A stretch of DNA of 62,991 nucleotides, counting the filler, from Octopus bimaculoides (Eukaryota): NCBI RefSeq assembly GCF_001194135.2. It is 5 parts of 4 records of this genome, joined end to end, with 100 filler letters (N's around TTAATTAATTAA, not from the genome) between each part and the next. Parts side by side here need not be neighbours in the genome. Positions count along the whole stretch, not along the records: positions 1 to 12,739 come from NC_068984.1; 4 more parts are not named here. One strand, given 5' to 3'. A program made the position numbers and the translations under genes. The notes below the pieces were generated by a model that searched no databases, was not told where the DNA came from, and saw nothing but the letters and a program-made list of their open reading frames with translations. Shown piece by piece: positions 1-11,862 of this stretch. Every line of letters begins with the position of its first letter. Position 1 is the first letter of the stretch.

Positions 1-49
<49 letters not shown>
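1..49. repeat. (AG)n microsatellite
   Basis: Near-perfect AG dinucleotide run at the window start. Confidence 0.95.
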
Positions 50-379
50 AACATACAGACCAACAAACTCTACACCTAACTAAATCCTTTTGTGAACGTC
101 AAACACAAGAGAAACGATTTTCTATGCTAACAACACCATGACATGCCTGACTAATAACCACTACTTTCTAACTGAAAATAGGAAATGCTCTAAATAACAA
201 CACCAACAAGTAAAGAAACTAACCAGCTAAAACATACCAGCTACTTACACTCTTTTGTGAACCCCTAAAACTTTCATTACAAAATAGTTGACACACCCAG
301 TTGATAAAATTTTAGATACTGAACTTTGTACCTTTCACATTTAAATTGTCATAGGAAAGGATAAAATCCAATAAAACGA

Positions 380-712
380 AAAAAATAGCTAAACTTTTAA
401 TATGTACCTGTCCTAACAAACGGACACACCTAATCATACACACTTGCTTACAAATCTCTACATACATGAATAAATTCTAAATAAATAAACCCAAATTTGA
501 TCAATAAAAATTTCTCCAATACACCTCTCCATAACAACCCACCCTAAAAACCTAATTACTATCCCACTCAAATCCACACACCCCAGGAAGATTTTTAACT
601 CAACAGAGACTATATAGAACCAAGATTAACTATCAGAGTAGCCTTCAAAATTTTATTGAATTAGGTGCATATTTTGCCATAAAAGGAAAATGTTACTATC
701 GATCTATTTCAA
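380..712 (+). mobile_element. Highly decayed Penelope-like reverse transcriptase remnant
   Basis: Broken frames give peptides resembling PLE RT motifs: PVLTNGHT/YTLAY (cf. RPVLS..TPTY.LAK), KNLITIPL (cf. LFTNIP), QNFIELGAYFAIKGKCYY (cf. NYF.FNGK.Y). Many stops; judged by eye. Confidence 0.4.
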
Positions 713-713
713 T

Positions 714-759
714 CAGGGTAGGCACTGCCTACCTTGCTTACCCAGGCGGCACGTCCCTG
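714..759. mobile_element. Short palindromic MITE remnant
   Basis: CAGGG...CCCTG termini with an internal perfect hairpin GGTAGGCA-C-TGCCTACC; no clear TSD. Confidence 0.35.
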
Positions 760-1193
760 ATACATATGTACATGATCTGGAAGGAAAGAAAGAATTTCAA
801 CGATAATACCTCATGACCTGACGCAATCAATAAGGAAGGAATGTTGCATCAGCATCAATAGCAATTCACTCCATAACTTTTATTATAACTGTTGGAAAGA
901 ATCAAAATTGGAAGATACCAAGAATAAATTTAATAGTTGGATAATAGTACAAGATACTAACGTTCTGCAGTAGGCCACTCACGAGCATTTTTAAAATAAT
1001 TATAGAAGCCTAAATTGACATACCAAATTAGCTTATCGTAGTACGAACAAATCTTGTAGCTAAGAACGGAAGCAAAATCTTGGCACTCACAAAAGCAAAA
1101 AAATGTAGACCTCTTGTTTGCTTAAATATGTATTAGCTATATCCAAACTGTTTAAACCTATTCTTCCAAGGCCACAGCGTGTATAGCAATGTA

Positions 1194-1624
1194 CAGGGTT
1201 AGACAAAATAATGGAAACACCTAACATCATAGCATCATAATTTTGGAATATCTATAAAACCGTTAAAAGCTTGTTTATTTTTATGCTTTTTGATTTATTA
1301 TTAGTGTTGCTTAATATGGTTTGCTAAAATTGCAGTTTCTTTTCAGATAGCATCAGATAAAGGTAATTAAAATTCATTGAAATGACAGATCTATCCGACT
1401 TTCAAACAGGTCAAATTGTTGGTGCTCGTATGGCAGGCGCTAGCATAGCGAAAACAGCCGAAATGTTTGATGTATAAATAAGTACCGTCTCGAAAGAGGG
1501 AAAAACCTCCTCGTTGAAACAAAACTCCGGAAGAAAACCAAAACTTTCAGATAGGGACCATCGGACTCTTACGCGAACTGTTAGAAAGGATCACAAAAGT
1601 ACAACTCCCAAAATTACTCCAGAG
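1194..1624 (+). mobile_element. Tc1/mariner transposon 5' fragment (TIR plus N-terminal transposase, pseudogenised)
   Basis: Begins after TA (1192-1193) with CAGGGTTAGACAAAATAATGGAAACAC. ATG 1382 gives MTDLSDFQTGQIVGARMAGASIAKTAEMFDV**, then a frameshift to STVSKEGKTSSLKQNSGRKPKLSDRDHRTLTRTVRKDHKSTTPKITPE: paired-like HTH with GRPR-type linker. Truncated before the DDE domain. Confidence 0.85.
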
Positions 1625-1867
1625 GATCAACATCATTCCACACAACCGGTGAGTGCTGTATGGTATCACATAAATTGTATCTGCTAAAGATTAGCAAAGA
1701 CAAATGCATCAATCATGTGCTGAATGGTTAGGAGAGTATCGTCCTACCAATTAACTCCTCAAACAAACTTAAATTCTCGATAGACTTCACGTGGTACTAG
1801 AACTACTGGACGAATGTACCGCAACATCTAGGGAAAAATACTGTGGGTACTGACAACGTTTATTCCC

Positions 1868-2365
1868 CATAAGTGTGTTTCTCGAAAACTTGAGAGCCAT
1901 GACAATATTGACAGGAAGTGTAGCTTCTCTTGGACTCGTGACTGTTATATCACGTTACATTTTGAAAGATTTTACTTTCGCTCTCCAAGCGAAAGAGGTG
2001 TTAATGCTGATTAAAGAACAAAAGAAGCTATTAATATTGATTAAAAGACACAGTGAAGCCCATAAAACTCAGAAATGTCAACAAAATTGTTATGTCGCAT
2101 ATCTGTAGATGACATTGAACATGCGATGTGCAGCTGCCCAAAGATATCATTAAGGCACTGTCTTTCTATACGGTCTGACGTTTACGTTGAAACAATGCAC
2201 AATGCCATCCATAGGAAGTACTGCTCTGGGACAAATATGAAATAATATTGTTGGTGTCAAGTATACTCATACGTGCCAAAACAGGGAATGTTGGTGGAAC
2301 ATTTCTATTAAAACTTGTATTAGGTACAAACACTGCAGGCTTTATATAATTGACGGAAAACAAAA
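1868..2365 (+). mobile_element. Decayed RLE-type (R2 group, R4/Dong-like) non-LTR retrotransposon, C-terminal region
   Basis: Broken frames: VSRKLESHDNIDRKCSFSWTRD..HFE, FTFALQAKEV, zinc-knuckle-like CRISVDDIEHAMCSCPK followed by R-S-D (RHD-like), and ECWWNISIKTCIRYKHCRLYII leading to the PD-(D/E)xK nuclease region. Confidence 0.65.
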
Positions 2366-2715
2366 TTTCTTTTTTTTTTTGCTTTTGTTTTGGGACTGTT
2401 TTTCTTTTTTTTAATTATTATTATCATTGTCCCCTTTTTTGGTCAGCTGCCTAGCAGCTGTGACTATTTCAATGAAATGGTCACATTGAAGGTTAGTGAG
2501 AAAGAGTACATCCATTGACAGCTTCTTGAAAGCCTGCAAACGTCTCTACTCAAATTATAAACTCATATTTGCGCTCATTGTCTTTGACGAACGTCTGAGA
2601 TATATTACTAAGTTTCTAATTAAATAAACTGGAAAAACCAGGGATTTAAAGGCAAAGAATGAGACAAAAAGAATTCGTATTCTGTAAATTCATTCCGTAA
2701 GAGGAGCGGTAAAAT

Positions 2716-3185
2716 GTGCGTAGTTGTATGATAAGAAGTTTCCTTCCCAACCACATTGTTCTCGATATGGTTCTCGATTCAGTCCCTTTGCGTTGCACCT
2801 AGGGCAAGTGTGTTGTACTATGGCCTCGGGCCGACCAAAGCATTGTGGGTAGGCCTGATGGACAGAAACTGAAAGAAATCCCTTGTAATTGTGTGTGTGG
2901 TGTGTGTGTGCGTGTGTGTGTGTGTGCGTGTGTGTATGTGTGTGTATGTGTGTGTATGTGTGTGTGTCTTTGTTTATGTTTGTCCCCACCACCGTTTGAC
3001 GACTAGTGTTGGCTTGTTTGTTTGCGTCCCCGTAACTTGGCGGTTCGGCAAATGTGAGAGATAGAATAAATACCAAGCTTTAAAAAAAAAAGGTAAGCGC
3101 TGGAGTTGATTTGTTCGACTAAACCTTCCAAGGTGGTACTCCAGCACGGCTGCAGTCCAATGACTGAAACAAGTAACAGATAAAG
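2716..3185 (+). mobile_element. tRNA-derived CORE-type SINE (family C) with internal (TG)n
   Basis: tRNA-like head, CORE-like segment CACCTAGGGCAAGTG...GGCCTCGGGCCGACCAAAGC, internal microsatellite, and a tail ending CAGCACGGCTGCAGTCCAATGACTGAAACAAGT; homologous to 54328-54765. Confidence 0.8.
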
Positions 3186-3619
3186 ATATGATTCTCCTGT
3201 TGTTGTTACCTAAATTCCGATGCCACAACTGCCTTTATTGGAAACTTTCAAAGAATTAAAAGAAAATGAGATATACTTCTAAACGTGTGTCGACCCCTCC
3301 AAGCGAAGAAGTAGGATTGCCCAAGACATATAAATAGAGGTAGTCTGACCGTGGTAGAGAGTTGGCAGTAGCAGTTGAGTAGAGATCATCCGAATGTGCT
3401 AAATAGCAGTAGCTTGAGACATAACATGTTATCAGTAACGACGTTGAGATGCTGGTGGTCTTTTGTTAATGGTATAGGGATTGTTGTTGTTTTTGTCGTT
3501 TAACCCAAGGTCAACACTGATCAAGCTGATCTATGATCAAAAGACATTCCAGCCGACTTTTTAGTGGAAAGTCTGTTTTTATTTTAGGACGTTAGAATGT
3601 GAATTAAGATTGTGATTTG

Positions 3620-4105
3620 TGGTGCTAGTGATGTTTGTAATGTCGGAATATTGTGGGGATTGTGTTAATGTTAAAGGTCGTGTTAGAGTTAGAGGTCATG
3701 TTAGTGTCGGAGGACGCGTTAGTATTGGGGGAGGGGTTGTGTTAGCGTTGGAACTTGCTTTAATGTCGAGGATCATTTTAGTGTTTGGAGTCGTGTTACT
3801 GTTGGGGGTCATGATACGTTGGTGGGGAGGGGGTCATGTTCAGGTTGGTGTTAGTGTTAGTGTTGGGGGACATGTAAGTGTTTGAGGTTGTGTTAGTGCT
3901 TGGAGACGTGTTAGTTGTTGGGGCTCGTGTTGGAGTCGTGTTAGCGTCGGGACTTGTGTCAGCGTTGGGGGTCGTGTTAGCGTTGAGGCTCGTGCTGGAA
4001 GTCGTGCAAGTGTTGGGGGGTCGTGCAAGTGTTGGGAGTTGTGTTAGTGTTAGGATTCATGTTGGTGCTGGTGCTGTCAACAGCATTGGTAGTATTTCTG
4101 GCAAG
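3620..4105. repeat. G/T-rich 18-bp minisatellite
   Basis: Degenerate tandem units such as GTGTTAGCGTCGGGACTT, GTGTCAGCGTTGGGGGTC, GTGCAAGTGTTGGGAGTT. Confidence 0.75.
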
Positions 4106-4114
4106 AAACGTATC

Positions 4115-4125
4115 TAGAGAAAGAG

Positions 4126-4163
<38 letters not shown>

Positions 4164-4225
4164 GAGGGGGAGGTAGAGAAGGAGAGACGGAAGGAGAGAC
4201 GGAGATGGAGAAGCGGGAAGGAGAG
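4115..4225. repeat. (GA)n and purine-rich tract
   Basis: GA dinucleotide run followed by GGA/GAA-rich sequence. Confidence 0.9.
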
Positions 4226-4782
4226 AGTGTGAATGAAAGCCAGAAATTCAAACATGGAAAGAGCTTGACAGTCAAAGTGAACGTATAACGATTGTTGTTG
4301 TTCACTTTCAGATCCGCCACAGTCGACCAGACTTACTATCAAACACGTTCCAGCCGTGATCATCCTGTTTTTTTTTTGTTCAATGTGTCCTCCTGTTTTT
4401 AACACTGCAGAGTGTTCCTTGTGTAAAAATTTGTTTTTTTAAATTGGTTTGTTTCTGGCATATCGAACGACAGCTCAGTAAGAAGCTACCTTTGGTGAAA
4501 TTTTAGTTCGTTTCTTTTTTTTTAATATTTTTTTTTCATTTTGACACTGCACCTATGAGGTTCAATTTCCTTGATTGTTATTGTTTTGTTTTGATTGTGG
4601 TGAGGAGTAAAATCAATCGTTTTTAACGTAAAACACTATTTGAATGCTTCACTGAAGACCAAACGTAGCATTAACCACTCTACTAAGTTACAAAAATCAG
4701 GTTTACCTAGCCTTACCGTATTGGAGGGACTTTATTGAGGATATACGACACGCATTCCCCATACATTAATGAAGATTTAACT

Positions 4783-4980
4783 CAGTGGTTCTCAATCACG
4801 GCTCCCAGGGCCGCATGCGTCCCTCAATCATCCCTCCGGTGGCCCACGACGGTCTTTCCTCTATAAATGTAATTTTTTTCTTTAATTGACTTATGTTTTA
4901 CTTTTTTTTTTTTGGTGCGGCCCCCTATAAAATTCAGGCTTTGGATCTGGCCCGAATATTGAAGAGGTTGAGAACCACTG
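4783..4980. mobile_element. hAT-like MITE
   Basis: Perfect 13-bp TIRs CAGTGGTTCTCAA / TTGAGAACCACTG; 8-bp TSD ATTTAACT (4775-4782) / GTTTAACT (4981-4988). Confidence 0.85.
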
Positions 4981-5164
4981 GTTTAACTAGATTTATTATT
5001 AGATTCAATAAAGCTGCAGTTATTACAATGAACAGGTAGAAGTGGCAAGAACAGGTTTATTAGCTAGCGCTGAACGTGAATTTACTGAACCGTGAAAGCA
5101 TGGGACAAATTAAGAACAACACAATTTGTACCGAACCTATGATTTAAAAATCCGCCGTTGTCTC

Positions 5165-5469
5165 CACTATTGTTGTTGTTAGCACTCCGTCGCTTACGAC
5201 GTCGAGGGTTCCAGTTGATCCGATCAACGGAACAGCCTGCTCGTAAAATTAACGTGCAAGTAGCCGAGCACTCCACAGACACGTGTACCCTTAACGTAGT
5301 TCTCGGGGATATTCAGCATGACACAGTGTGGCAAGGCTGACCCTTTGAATTACAGGCACAACAGAAACAGGAAGTAAGAGTGAGAGAAAGTTGTGGTGAA
5401 AGAGTACAGCAGGGTTCGCCACCATCCCCTGCCGGAGCCTCGTGGAGCTTTAGGTGTTTTTGCTCAATA
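5165..5469 (-). mobile_element. tRNA-derived SINE family B (5' end lost in gap)
   Basis: Reverse complement of the family B body and (CAA)n tail seen at 5790-6100, 9877-10218 and 34837-35215. Confidence 0.9.
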
Positions 5470-5789
5470 NNNNNNNNNNNNNNNNNNNNNNNNNNNNNNN
5501 NNNNNNNNNNNNNNNNNNNNNNNNNNNNNNNNNNNNNNNNNNNNNNNNNNNNNNNNNNNNNNNNNNNNNNNNNNNNNNNNNNNNNNNNNNNNNNNNNNNN
5601 NNNNNNNNNNNNNNNNNNNNNNNNNNNNNNNNNNNNNNNNNNNNNNNNNNNNNNNNNNNNNNNNNNNNNNNNNNNNNNNNNNNNNNNNNNNNNNNNNNNN
5701 NNNNNNNNNNNNNNNNNNNNNNNNNNNNNNNNNNNNNNNNNNNNNNNNNNNNNNNNNNNNNNNNNNNNNNNNNNNNNNNNNNNNNNNNN

Positions 5790-6100
5790 GTTTATTGAGC
5801 GAAAACACCTAAAAGGCTCCACGAGGCTCCGGCAGGGGATGGTGGCGAACCCTGCTGTACTCTTCCACCACAACTTTCTCTCACTCTTACTTCCTGTTTC
5901 TGTTGTGCCTGTAATTCAAAGGGTCAGCCTTGTCACACTCTGTGTCACGCTGAATGTCCCCGAGAACTGCGTTAGGGGTACACGTGTCTGTGGAGTGCTC
6001 AGCCACTTGCACGTTAATTTCACGAGCAGGCTGTTCCGTTGATCGGATCAACTGGAACCCTCGACGTCGTAAGCGACGGAGTGCCAACAACAACAACAAC
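5790..6100 (+). mobile_element. tRNA-derived SINE family B (5' end lost in gap)
   Basis: GTTTATTGAGCGAAAACACCTAAA...GCGACGGAGTGCC(AAC)n; near-identical to the other family B copies. Confidence 0.9.
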
Positions 6101-6269
6101 GTGTATGTCTACCGCTCACTTTGAGAGCGATGGTTTCCCCAGTTTCGTCACTCCTATATGCTTAAGGAATTGTTTCTAACAAAGATATTATGTGAGGGTA
6201 GAAATAGTGGGACAGAAAACAAATTGTCACGTTCAATAGAATCGTATCTGATTTAACTACAAGGTTAGC

Positions 6270-6712
6270 AGTTTTCAAGGAGCGATGTCAGACGATAGCA
6301 TCGACACCACCCAGTTCGTGACAGACACTTTATTTTATCGACTACGGCTGACATCGATAGGATCTGAAGTCAAAAGGTAAAAAGCCGAAGCAAACACCGC
6401 AAAATATTTTTGTTTGACAGTCTAACGATTTTGCCAGCTCGACACCTTAATCACGTTTCCCAAAATTGCTTTAAATTTTGGAGCAAGGTCAGAAATTTTA
6501 GGGTATTAGTTGATTACACTGACTCCAATACTTGACTGTTACTTTATTTTATCAATCCCGGGCACTTGTCTGGTACTTTACTTTATCAACCAGGAAAGGA
6601 TGAACGGCAAAAGCGACCACAGCAGTATTTTGAGTTCAAATTGTAAAAAGACGGAACAATTCCAGTAGAGTATTTTGTACGACGATCTAACAACTCTGCC
6701 ACCTCGCCGCCT
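6270..6712 (-). mobile_element. Two degenerate family A SINE copies
   Basis: Diverged matches to the family A body (tcgac...gtact/actttattttatcga...aggatgaa.ggcaaa...tttgagttcaaa). Confidence 0.6.
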
Positions 6713-6782
6713 TGACTAGATCTCATAAAGTTAGATTGGTTATAAACTTTTTAAAACTGTCCAACACTATAATCTTTTCTAC

Positions 6783-6969
6783 TCTAGGCACAAGAACTGA
6801 AATTTGGGGGGGGGGGCAGTCGATTATATCGACCGCAGTATGCAACTGGTACTTAATTTATCGACCCCGAAAGGGTGAAAGGCAAGGTCGACCTCGGCGG
6901 AATTTGAACTCAGAACGTAAAAACAGACGAAATACCACAAAGCTTTTCGCCCGGCGTGCTAACGTTTCT
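6783..6969 (-). mobile_element. tRNA-derived SINE family A (tail type 1)
   Basis: Minus strand has head GTTAGCACGCCGGGCGAAA, B box GAGTTCAAATTCC, and G-rich tail type 1. Confidence 0.85.
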
Positions 6970-7519
6970 TATTTCTTTATTGCCCACAAGGGGCTAAACA
7001 TAGAGGGGACAAACAAGGACATACAATCGGGTTAAGTCGATTATATCGACCCCAGTGCGTACTGGTACTTATTTAATCGACCCCGAAAGGATGAAAGGCA
7101 AAGTCGACTTCGGTGGAATTTGAACTCAGAACGTAGCAGCAGACGAAACACCGCTAAGCATTTCATCCGGCGTGCNNNNNNNNNNNNNNNNNNNNNNNNN
7201 NNNNNNNNNNNNNNNNNNNNNNNNNNNNNNNNNNNNNNNNNNNNNNNNNNNNNNNNNNNNNNNNNNNNNNNNNNNNNNNNNNNNNNNNNNNNNNNNNNNN
7301 NNNNNNNNNNNNNNNNNNNNNNNNNNNNNNNNNNNNNNNNNNNNNNNNNNNNNNNNNNNNNNNNNNNNNNNNNNNNNNNNNNNNNNNNNNNNNNNNNNNN
7401 NNNNNNNNNNNNNNNNNNNNNNNNNNNNNNNNNNNNNNNNNNNNNNNNNNNNNNNNNNNNNNNNNNNNNNNNNNNNNNNNNNNNNNNNNNGGCGTACTAA
7501 CGATTGTCAGCTCACCACC
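6970..7519 (-). mobile_element. tRNA-derived SINE family A (tail type 2), spanning a gap
   Basis: Tail TATTTCTTTATTGCCCACAAGGGGCTAAACATAGAGGGGAC, body to 7175; head-like sequence at 7491-7519 after the N run (may belong to a second copy). Confidence 0.8.
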
Positions 7520-7534
7520 TTCTTGTATCTTGAT

Positions 7535-7673
7535 CAGTCATTGGCAAACTGCGGACTTTTCTGAATGGTGCGGCTAACGAAAAATTACCTTGAATTTTTT
7601 CAGTAGTTCGGCCCGTCTAATTATTAACCATATCTCATGCGGCCCGCTTCTCAGAAAAGGTTGCCCATGCCTG
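7535..7673. mobile_element. hAT (Charlie-like) MITE
   Basis: Termini CAGTCATTGGCAA / TTGCCCATGCCTG; flanks ATCTTGAT / GTCTAGAT resemble an 8-bp nTCTAGAn TSD (6/8). Confidence 0.7.
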
Positions 7674-7859
7674 GTCTAGATAATAGTTATGGATATCGAG
7701 AAGTTTTCCTCAGGAGCTTATATTTTTCTCTGCTACTGTAAACAAGCGGATCGTATGCCTTAATCCAATGGTTCTTAAAGCAACAAACACCAATCCTTGC
7801 CCCTCCCAAATATTAGGAACCCATCACATTTCACCTTCTCTATATGAATAGTTTCTGAT

Positions 7860-8505
7860 TTAGGCACAAGGCCAGTAACTTTTAAGAGAAAGGAGAACTG
7901 TCGATACCTTCGGTACTGTCGAGCTCAGTACTTGATCAGTACTTCATTTCATCGCCCCGGAAGGATTAAAAGCAAAGTTGACCTCGGTGGTATAGACCCA
8001 GAACGTAAAGGAACGGAAGGGATACTATCAAGCATTGCTTCATGTGCTCTAACGGTTTCGCCAAAATCACTGCCTTCACGTACGGATTTAATAATTCTTT
8101 CTACTATGGGGATAGTTGATACTATGGGATAGTTGATTTCATCGACCGCCGTACTTGGATGCTACTTATTTTATCGATCCTGAAAAGATTAACAGGCAAA
8201 GTTGACCTCGGCGGTATATGAAATCAGAACGTAAGGAATAGTAAGACATTTTTCCTATGCTCGAACGGCTTAGCCAAAATCACCACCCTTACAATGGGCA
8301 CAATGCCTGAAATTTGGGGAGGTGGGGCTAGCCGATTTCACCGACAACAGTACATGGATGCTATTTATTTTACCGTTCCCGAAAATATTAAAAGGCAAAG
8401 TCGACCTCAGCGATAAATGAACTCAGAGCGTAAAGAACTGGAAAAAATACCACAAAAAGCAATTCTTTTTTTCTTTCCTCTAATGGCTATGCCAAAATCA
8501 CAGCC
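7860..8505 (-). mobile_element. Three consecutive degenerate family A SINE copies
   Basis: Three diverged repeats of aggcaaagt(c/t)gacctc(g/a)gcg...ga..tcaga.cgtaaag at ~7860-8075, 8130-8285 and 8290-8505. Confidence 0.7.
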
Positions 8506-9319
8506 ATCGTATACAGGTGTTAAAGAACGTAGGAAATAATGGGAAGTTTATAACCTTTTATTTCTCCGTTTAAACAAAAGCACACATGTTCTGACAATTA
8601 TGGTAATTGATAAATTAATTAATTAGTTAATGAACGATAAACCATTTTAGATGTTATTCGTTATGTCATTCCTTTGTGTTCTTTCTTTTTCTTTGTAAAA
8701 TTACGGTGCATTTAATTTAGTCTACTGGCAGCATATTTTCTGTACTACGAAACACCTTTTGTCTTACCTTATAGGTGTGTGTGTGTGTGTGTGTGTACTA
8801 GTAGTAGTATCCCCGTGACGTCAAGATGACGATAGTGTCATTCATTAAGGGATAATTTTTTTCAATAGGAAAAGCAAAGTTCAGTTTTGCAATAATGCTT
8901 TCTTTATTCACACGCGCATACACACACACACACACACACACACATCAGTGCACGTATTCAAACATATATACTTTGTGAAAAAGACAAAGAAAATTGAAGA
9001 CAAAACACACTTTCTGTGCACTGTGTGTGTGTATGTGTGTGTGTGTGTGTGTGTGTGTACACATATAAACAAACATTTGTATGAATGTTATATAGGTATA
9101 TACATATATATGTATGTATATTATAAATTTATGCAGATAGATAGATAGATAGATAGATCATAGAAATTTAGGCTGATAACAGCCAATTTATGCTAGCGAA
9201 TAGTTTCATGCTGAAGGACCGTCCAGCTGAGAAGAGGTTAATTCGCAATCGTCGGAAATAGCTGAGCTAAAATGTATCTCGCTGAGAAAATAACGGAGGC
9301 CTTGAAAGTAGATTGCTTG

Positions 9320-9405
9320 GGGTGGGGGTGCTGGTGGTCCTGCTGGTGTTGCTTCTGGTGGTGGTGGTGGTGGTGGTGGTTCTGGTGGTGGTGGTGGTGC
9401 TGCTG
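9320..9405. repeat. (GGT)n microsatellite
   Basis: GGT/GCT triplet run. Confidence 0.9.
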
Positions 9406-9419
9406 GCTGTTTTGGGTTG

Positions 9420-9582
9420 GCATAAGACCAGCAGTTTTAGAGTATGGGGTTTAATCGATTACATCGACCTCAGTACTTGACTGGTATTTTATTTTATCGA
9501 CCCTCGAAAGGATGAACAGCAAAGTTGGCCACGGCAGGATTTGAATTCAGAATGTAAGGAGTAAGGAACAAATACAGCAAAG
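9420..9582 (-). mobile_element. Family A SINE, partial
   Basis: tcgattacatcgacc...aaggatgaacagcaaag...tttgaattcagaatgta; truncated by the gap. Confidence 0.75.
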
Positions 9583-9876
9583 NNNNNNNNNNNNNNNNNN
9601 NNNNNNNNNNNNNNNNNNNNNNNNNNNNNNNNNNNNNNNNNNNNNNNNNNNNNNNNNNNNNNNNNNNNNNNNNNNNNNNNNNNNNNNNNNNNNNNNNNNN
9701 NNNNNNNNNNNNNNNNNNNNNNNNNNNNNNNNNNNNNNNNNNNNNNNNNNNNNNNNNNNNNNNNNNNNNNNNNNNNNNNNNNNNNNNNNNNNNNNNNNNN
9801 NNNNNNNNNNNNNNNNNNNNNNNNNNNNNNNNNNNNNNNNNNNNNNNNNNNNNNNNNNNNNNNNNNNNNNNNNNNG

Positions 9877-10218
9877 CAGCGGACTCGCGGTCATAGGATC
9901 GCGGTTTCGATTCCCAGACCGGGCGTTATGAGTGTTTATTGAGCGAAAACACCTAAAGCTCCACGAGGCTCCGGCAGTTGAACTCTGCTGTACTCTTTCA
10001 CCACAACTTTCTCTTACTTCCTCTCTCTGTTGTGCCTGTAATTCAAAGGGTCAGCCTTGTCACACTGTGTCACGCTGAATATCCCCGAGAACTACGTTAA
10101 GGGTACACGTGTCTGTGGAGTGCTCAGCCACTTGCACGTTAATTTCACGAGCAGGCTGTTCCGTTGATCGGATCAACTGGAACCATCGACGTCGTAAGCG
10201 ACGGAGTGCCAACAACAA
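9877..10218 (+). mobile_element. tRNA-derived SINE family B
   Basis: Head remnant GCAGCGGACTCGCGGTCATAGGATCGCGGTTTCGATTCC (tRNA-Arg(UCG)-like loop and B box), family B body, CAA tail. Confidence 0.92.
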
Positions 10219-11249
10219 GGTAGTGTTGACTGAAAAACATACTGATATTTAGAACTATTTATCGAACGCGGAAAGATTAGAGGTTCAATAGAACGAAATG
10301 GGATTCAAACACAGAGACACGAAATACCAGGCTATTGTTGTAAACTGAATGATATTTTTGGCAAGGTTTGTAATTAGTAAATCTAATATTTATTTCGTTA
10401 TTGTTTGCCTTTGTGTGTCTGCTTCTAGCTCGCACACTCTGCTTGTCTTGTCTTCTACGTAAATAGACGTGTGTGTATTCGTGGCATATGTATATGTGGC
10501 ATGGGCATACACACATTTGTATGTATATATGTATATTAATACATATGTATAGATAAACATGTGCCTACATACATATACACGTATTTATATATCTATATAT
10601 ATATATATATACACACATACATCTGCTTATACACACAGACATGTACATACACCTGTGTGTGTGTGTGTGTGTGGGCAGACCCAGACATGGTCATGTGGTC
10701 AAGAATTTCGCTTTACAAACGTGGATTCAGGTTTAGTCCCGCGAAGCGTTGCTTTAAATATTGTCTTGAAATACTGCTCTGGGGCCGACTAATGAGTGAA
10801 TTTGATAGACTGAATCTATAGGATACCTGTCGTGTTCATGTGTCTGTATAAGTACATATGTGTATCTGTCTGTATACCCACACATACACATACCATAGAG
10901 AAAGAGATTAATAGATAAAATACAGATATGCATATTTGTTTGTATATGTACATATGTATGCTTATGAAACCGAAATATACAAGGTGCTGGATAGTGGGAT
11001 CGAAACCATGTGCATGATAAGCAAACCTTTTAACCACAAAGACATATTTCAACTTATGATTCATTTTACATTTTGATATACAAATTTTTACCCCACCTTC
11101 TTGGATTGCATTACGATAATCGTAGTTAATGATTATTTCTATTATTACTTTGATTAGTATGGCAAAGTCAATGTTTTCGAAAAGGTCTCATAAGAGCGAA
11201 ATATGCCTAGAGTTGTCTCAACTTGCCAAGATAATAAAAATAAGGCTAT

Positions 11250-11595
11250 CTAGCATAGGCGTCGGTTCATAAATTTGTGGAAATAGTGTCGTCGATTATA
11301 TTGCCATCAGTCCTTTGTTTCTTCGACTCCAGAAGCTGGTCATGGATGGATTTGAATTCAAAACGTAATGGCACTACTGATAACTCCGATCCAATGGAGC
11401 TAATGTTGCCTTTTCTTCAACATATAAATTATTATTATTATCAATGCTCAGCGGTATTTCGCCCGTTGCTGCGTTCTGAGTTCAGATTCCGACAAGGTCG
11501 ACTTACCTTTTATCAGGTACCAGTTGAACACTGGGGTCGATGTAATCGACTAATTCCTTCCACCAAATTGTTGCCCCTCTAGCAAAATTTGAAAC

Positions 11596-11643
<48 letters not shown>

Positions 11644-11862
11644 TAAAGCAGCGAGCTGGCAGAATCGTTAGCACGCCGGACAAAATGCTTAGCAGCATTT
11701 CGTCCTTCTTTACGTTCTGGGTTCAAATTCCGCCGAAGTCAACTTTGCCTTTCGTCCTTTCAGGGTCAATAAAATAAGTACCAGTTGAGTACTTGGGGGT
11801 CAATGTAGTTGACTTACCCCCTCCCCGAAATAACTGGCCTTGTGCCAAAATTTGAAATCGTT
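11250..11862 (+). mobile_element. Three family A SINE copies separated by (ATT)n
   Basis: Degenerate copy ~11250-11400, copy ~11450-11596, (ATT)n 11597-11642, good copy 11651-11862 starting GCGAGCTGGCAGAATCGTTAGCACGCC. Confidence 0.8.

Noticed and set aside
2166-2363. Minus-strand 65-aa ORF
   Set aside because: Antisense shadow of the + strand RLE LINE fragment.
4643-4672. AATGC-TTCA-CTGAAGA-CC-AAACGT-A-GCATT hammerhead-like string
   Set aside because: No stem II, G12 missing and a 4-nt offset before the core; cannot be distinguished from chance.
5313-5873. Long ORFs spanning N runs (many in the ORF track)
   Set aside because: Open only because N codons translate as X.
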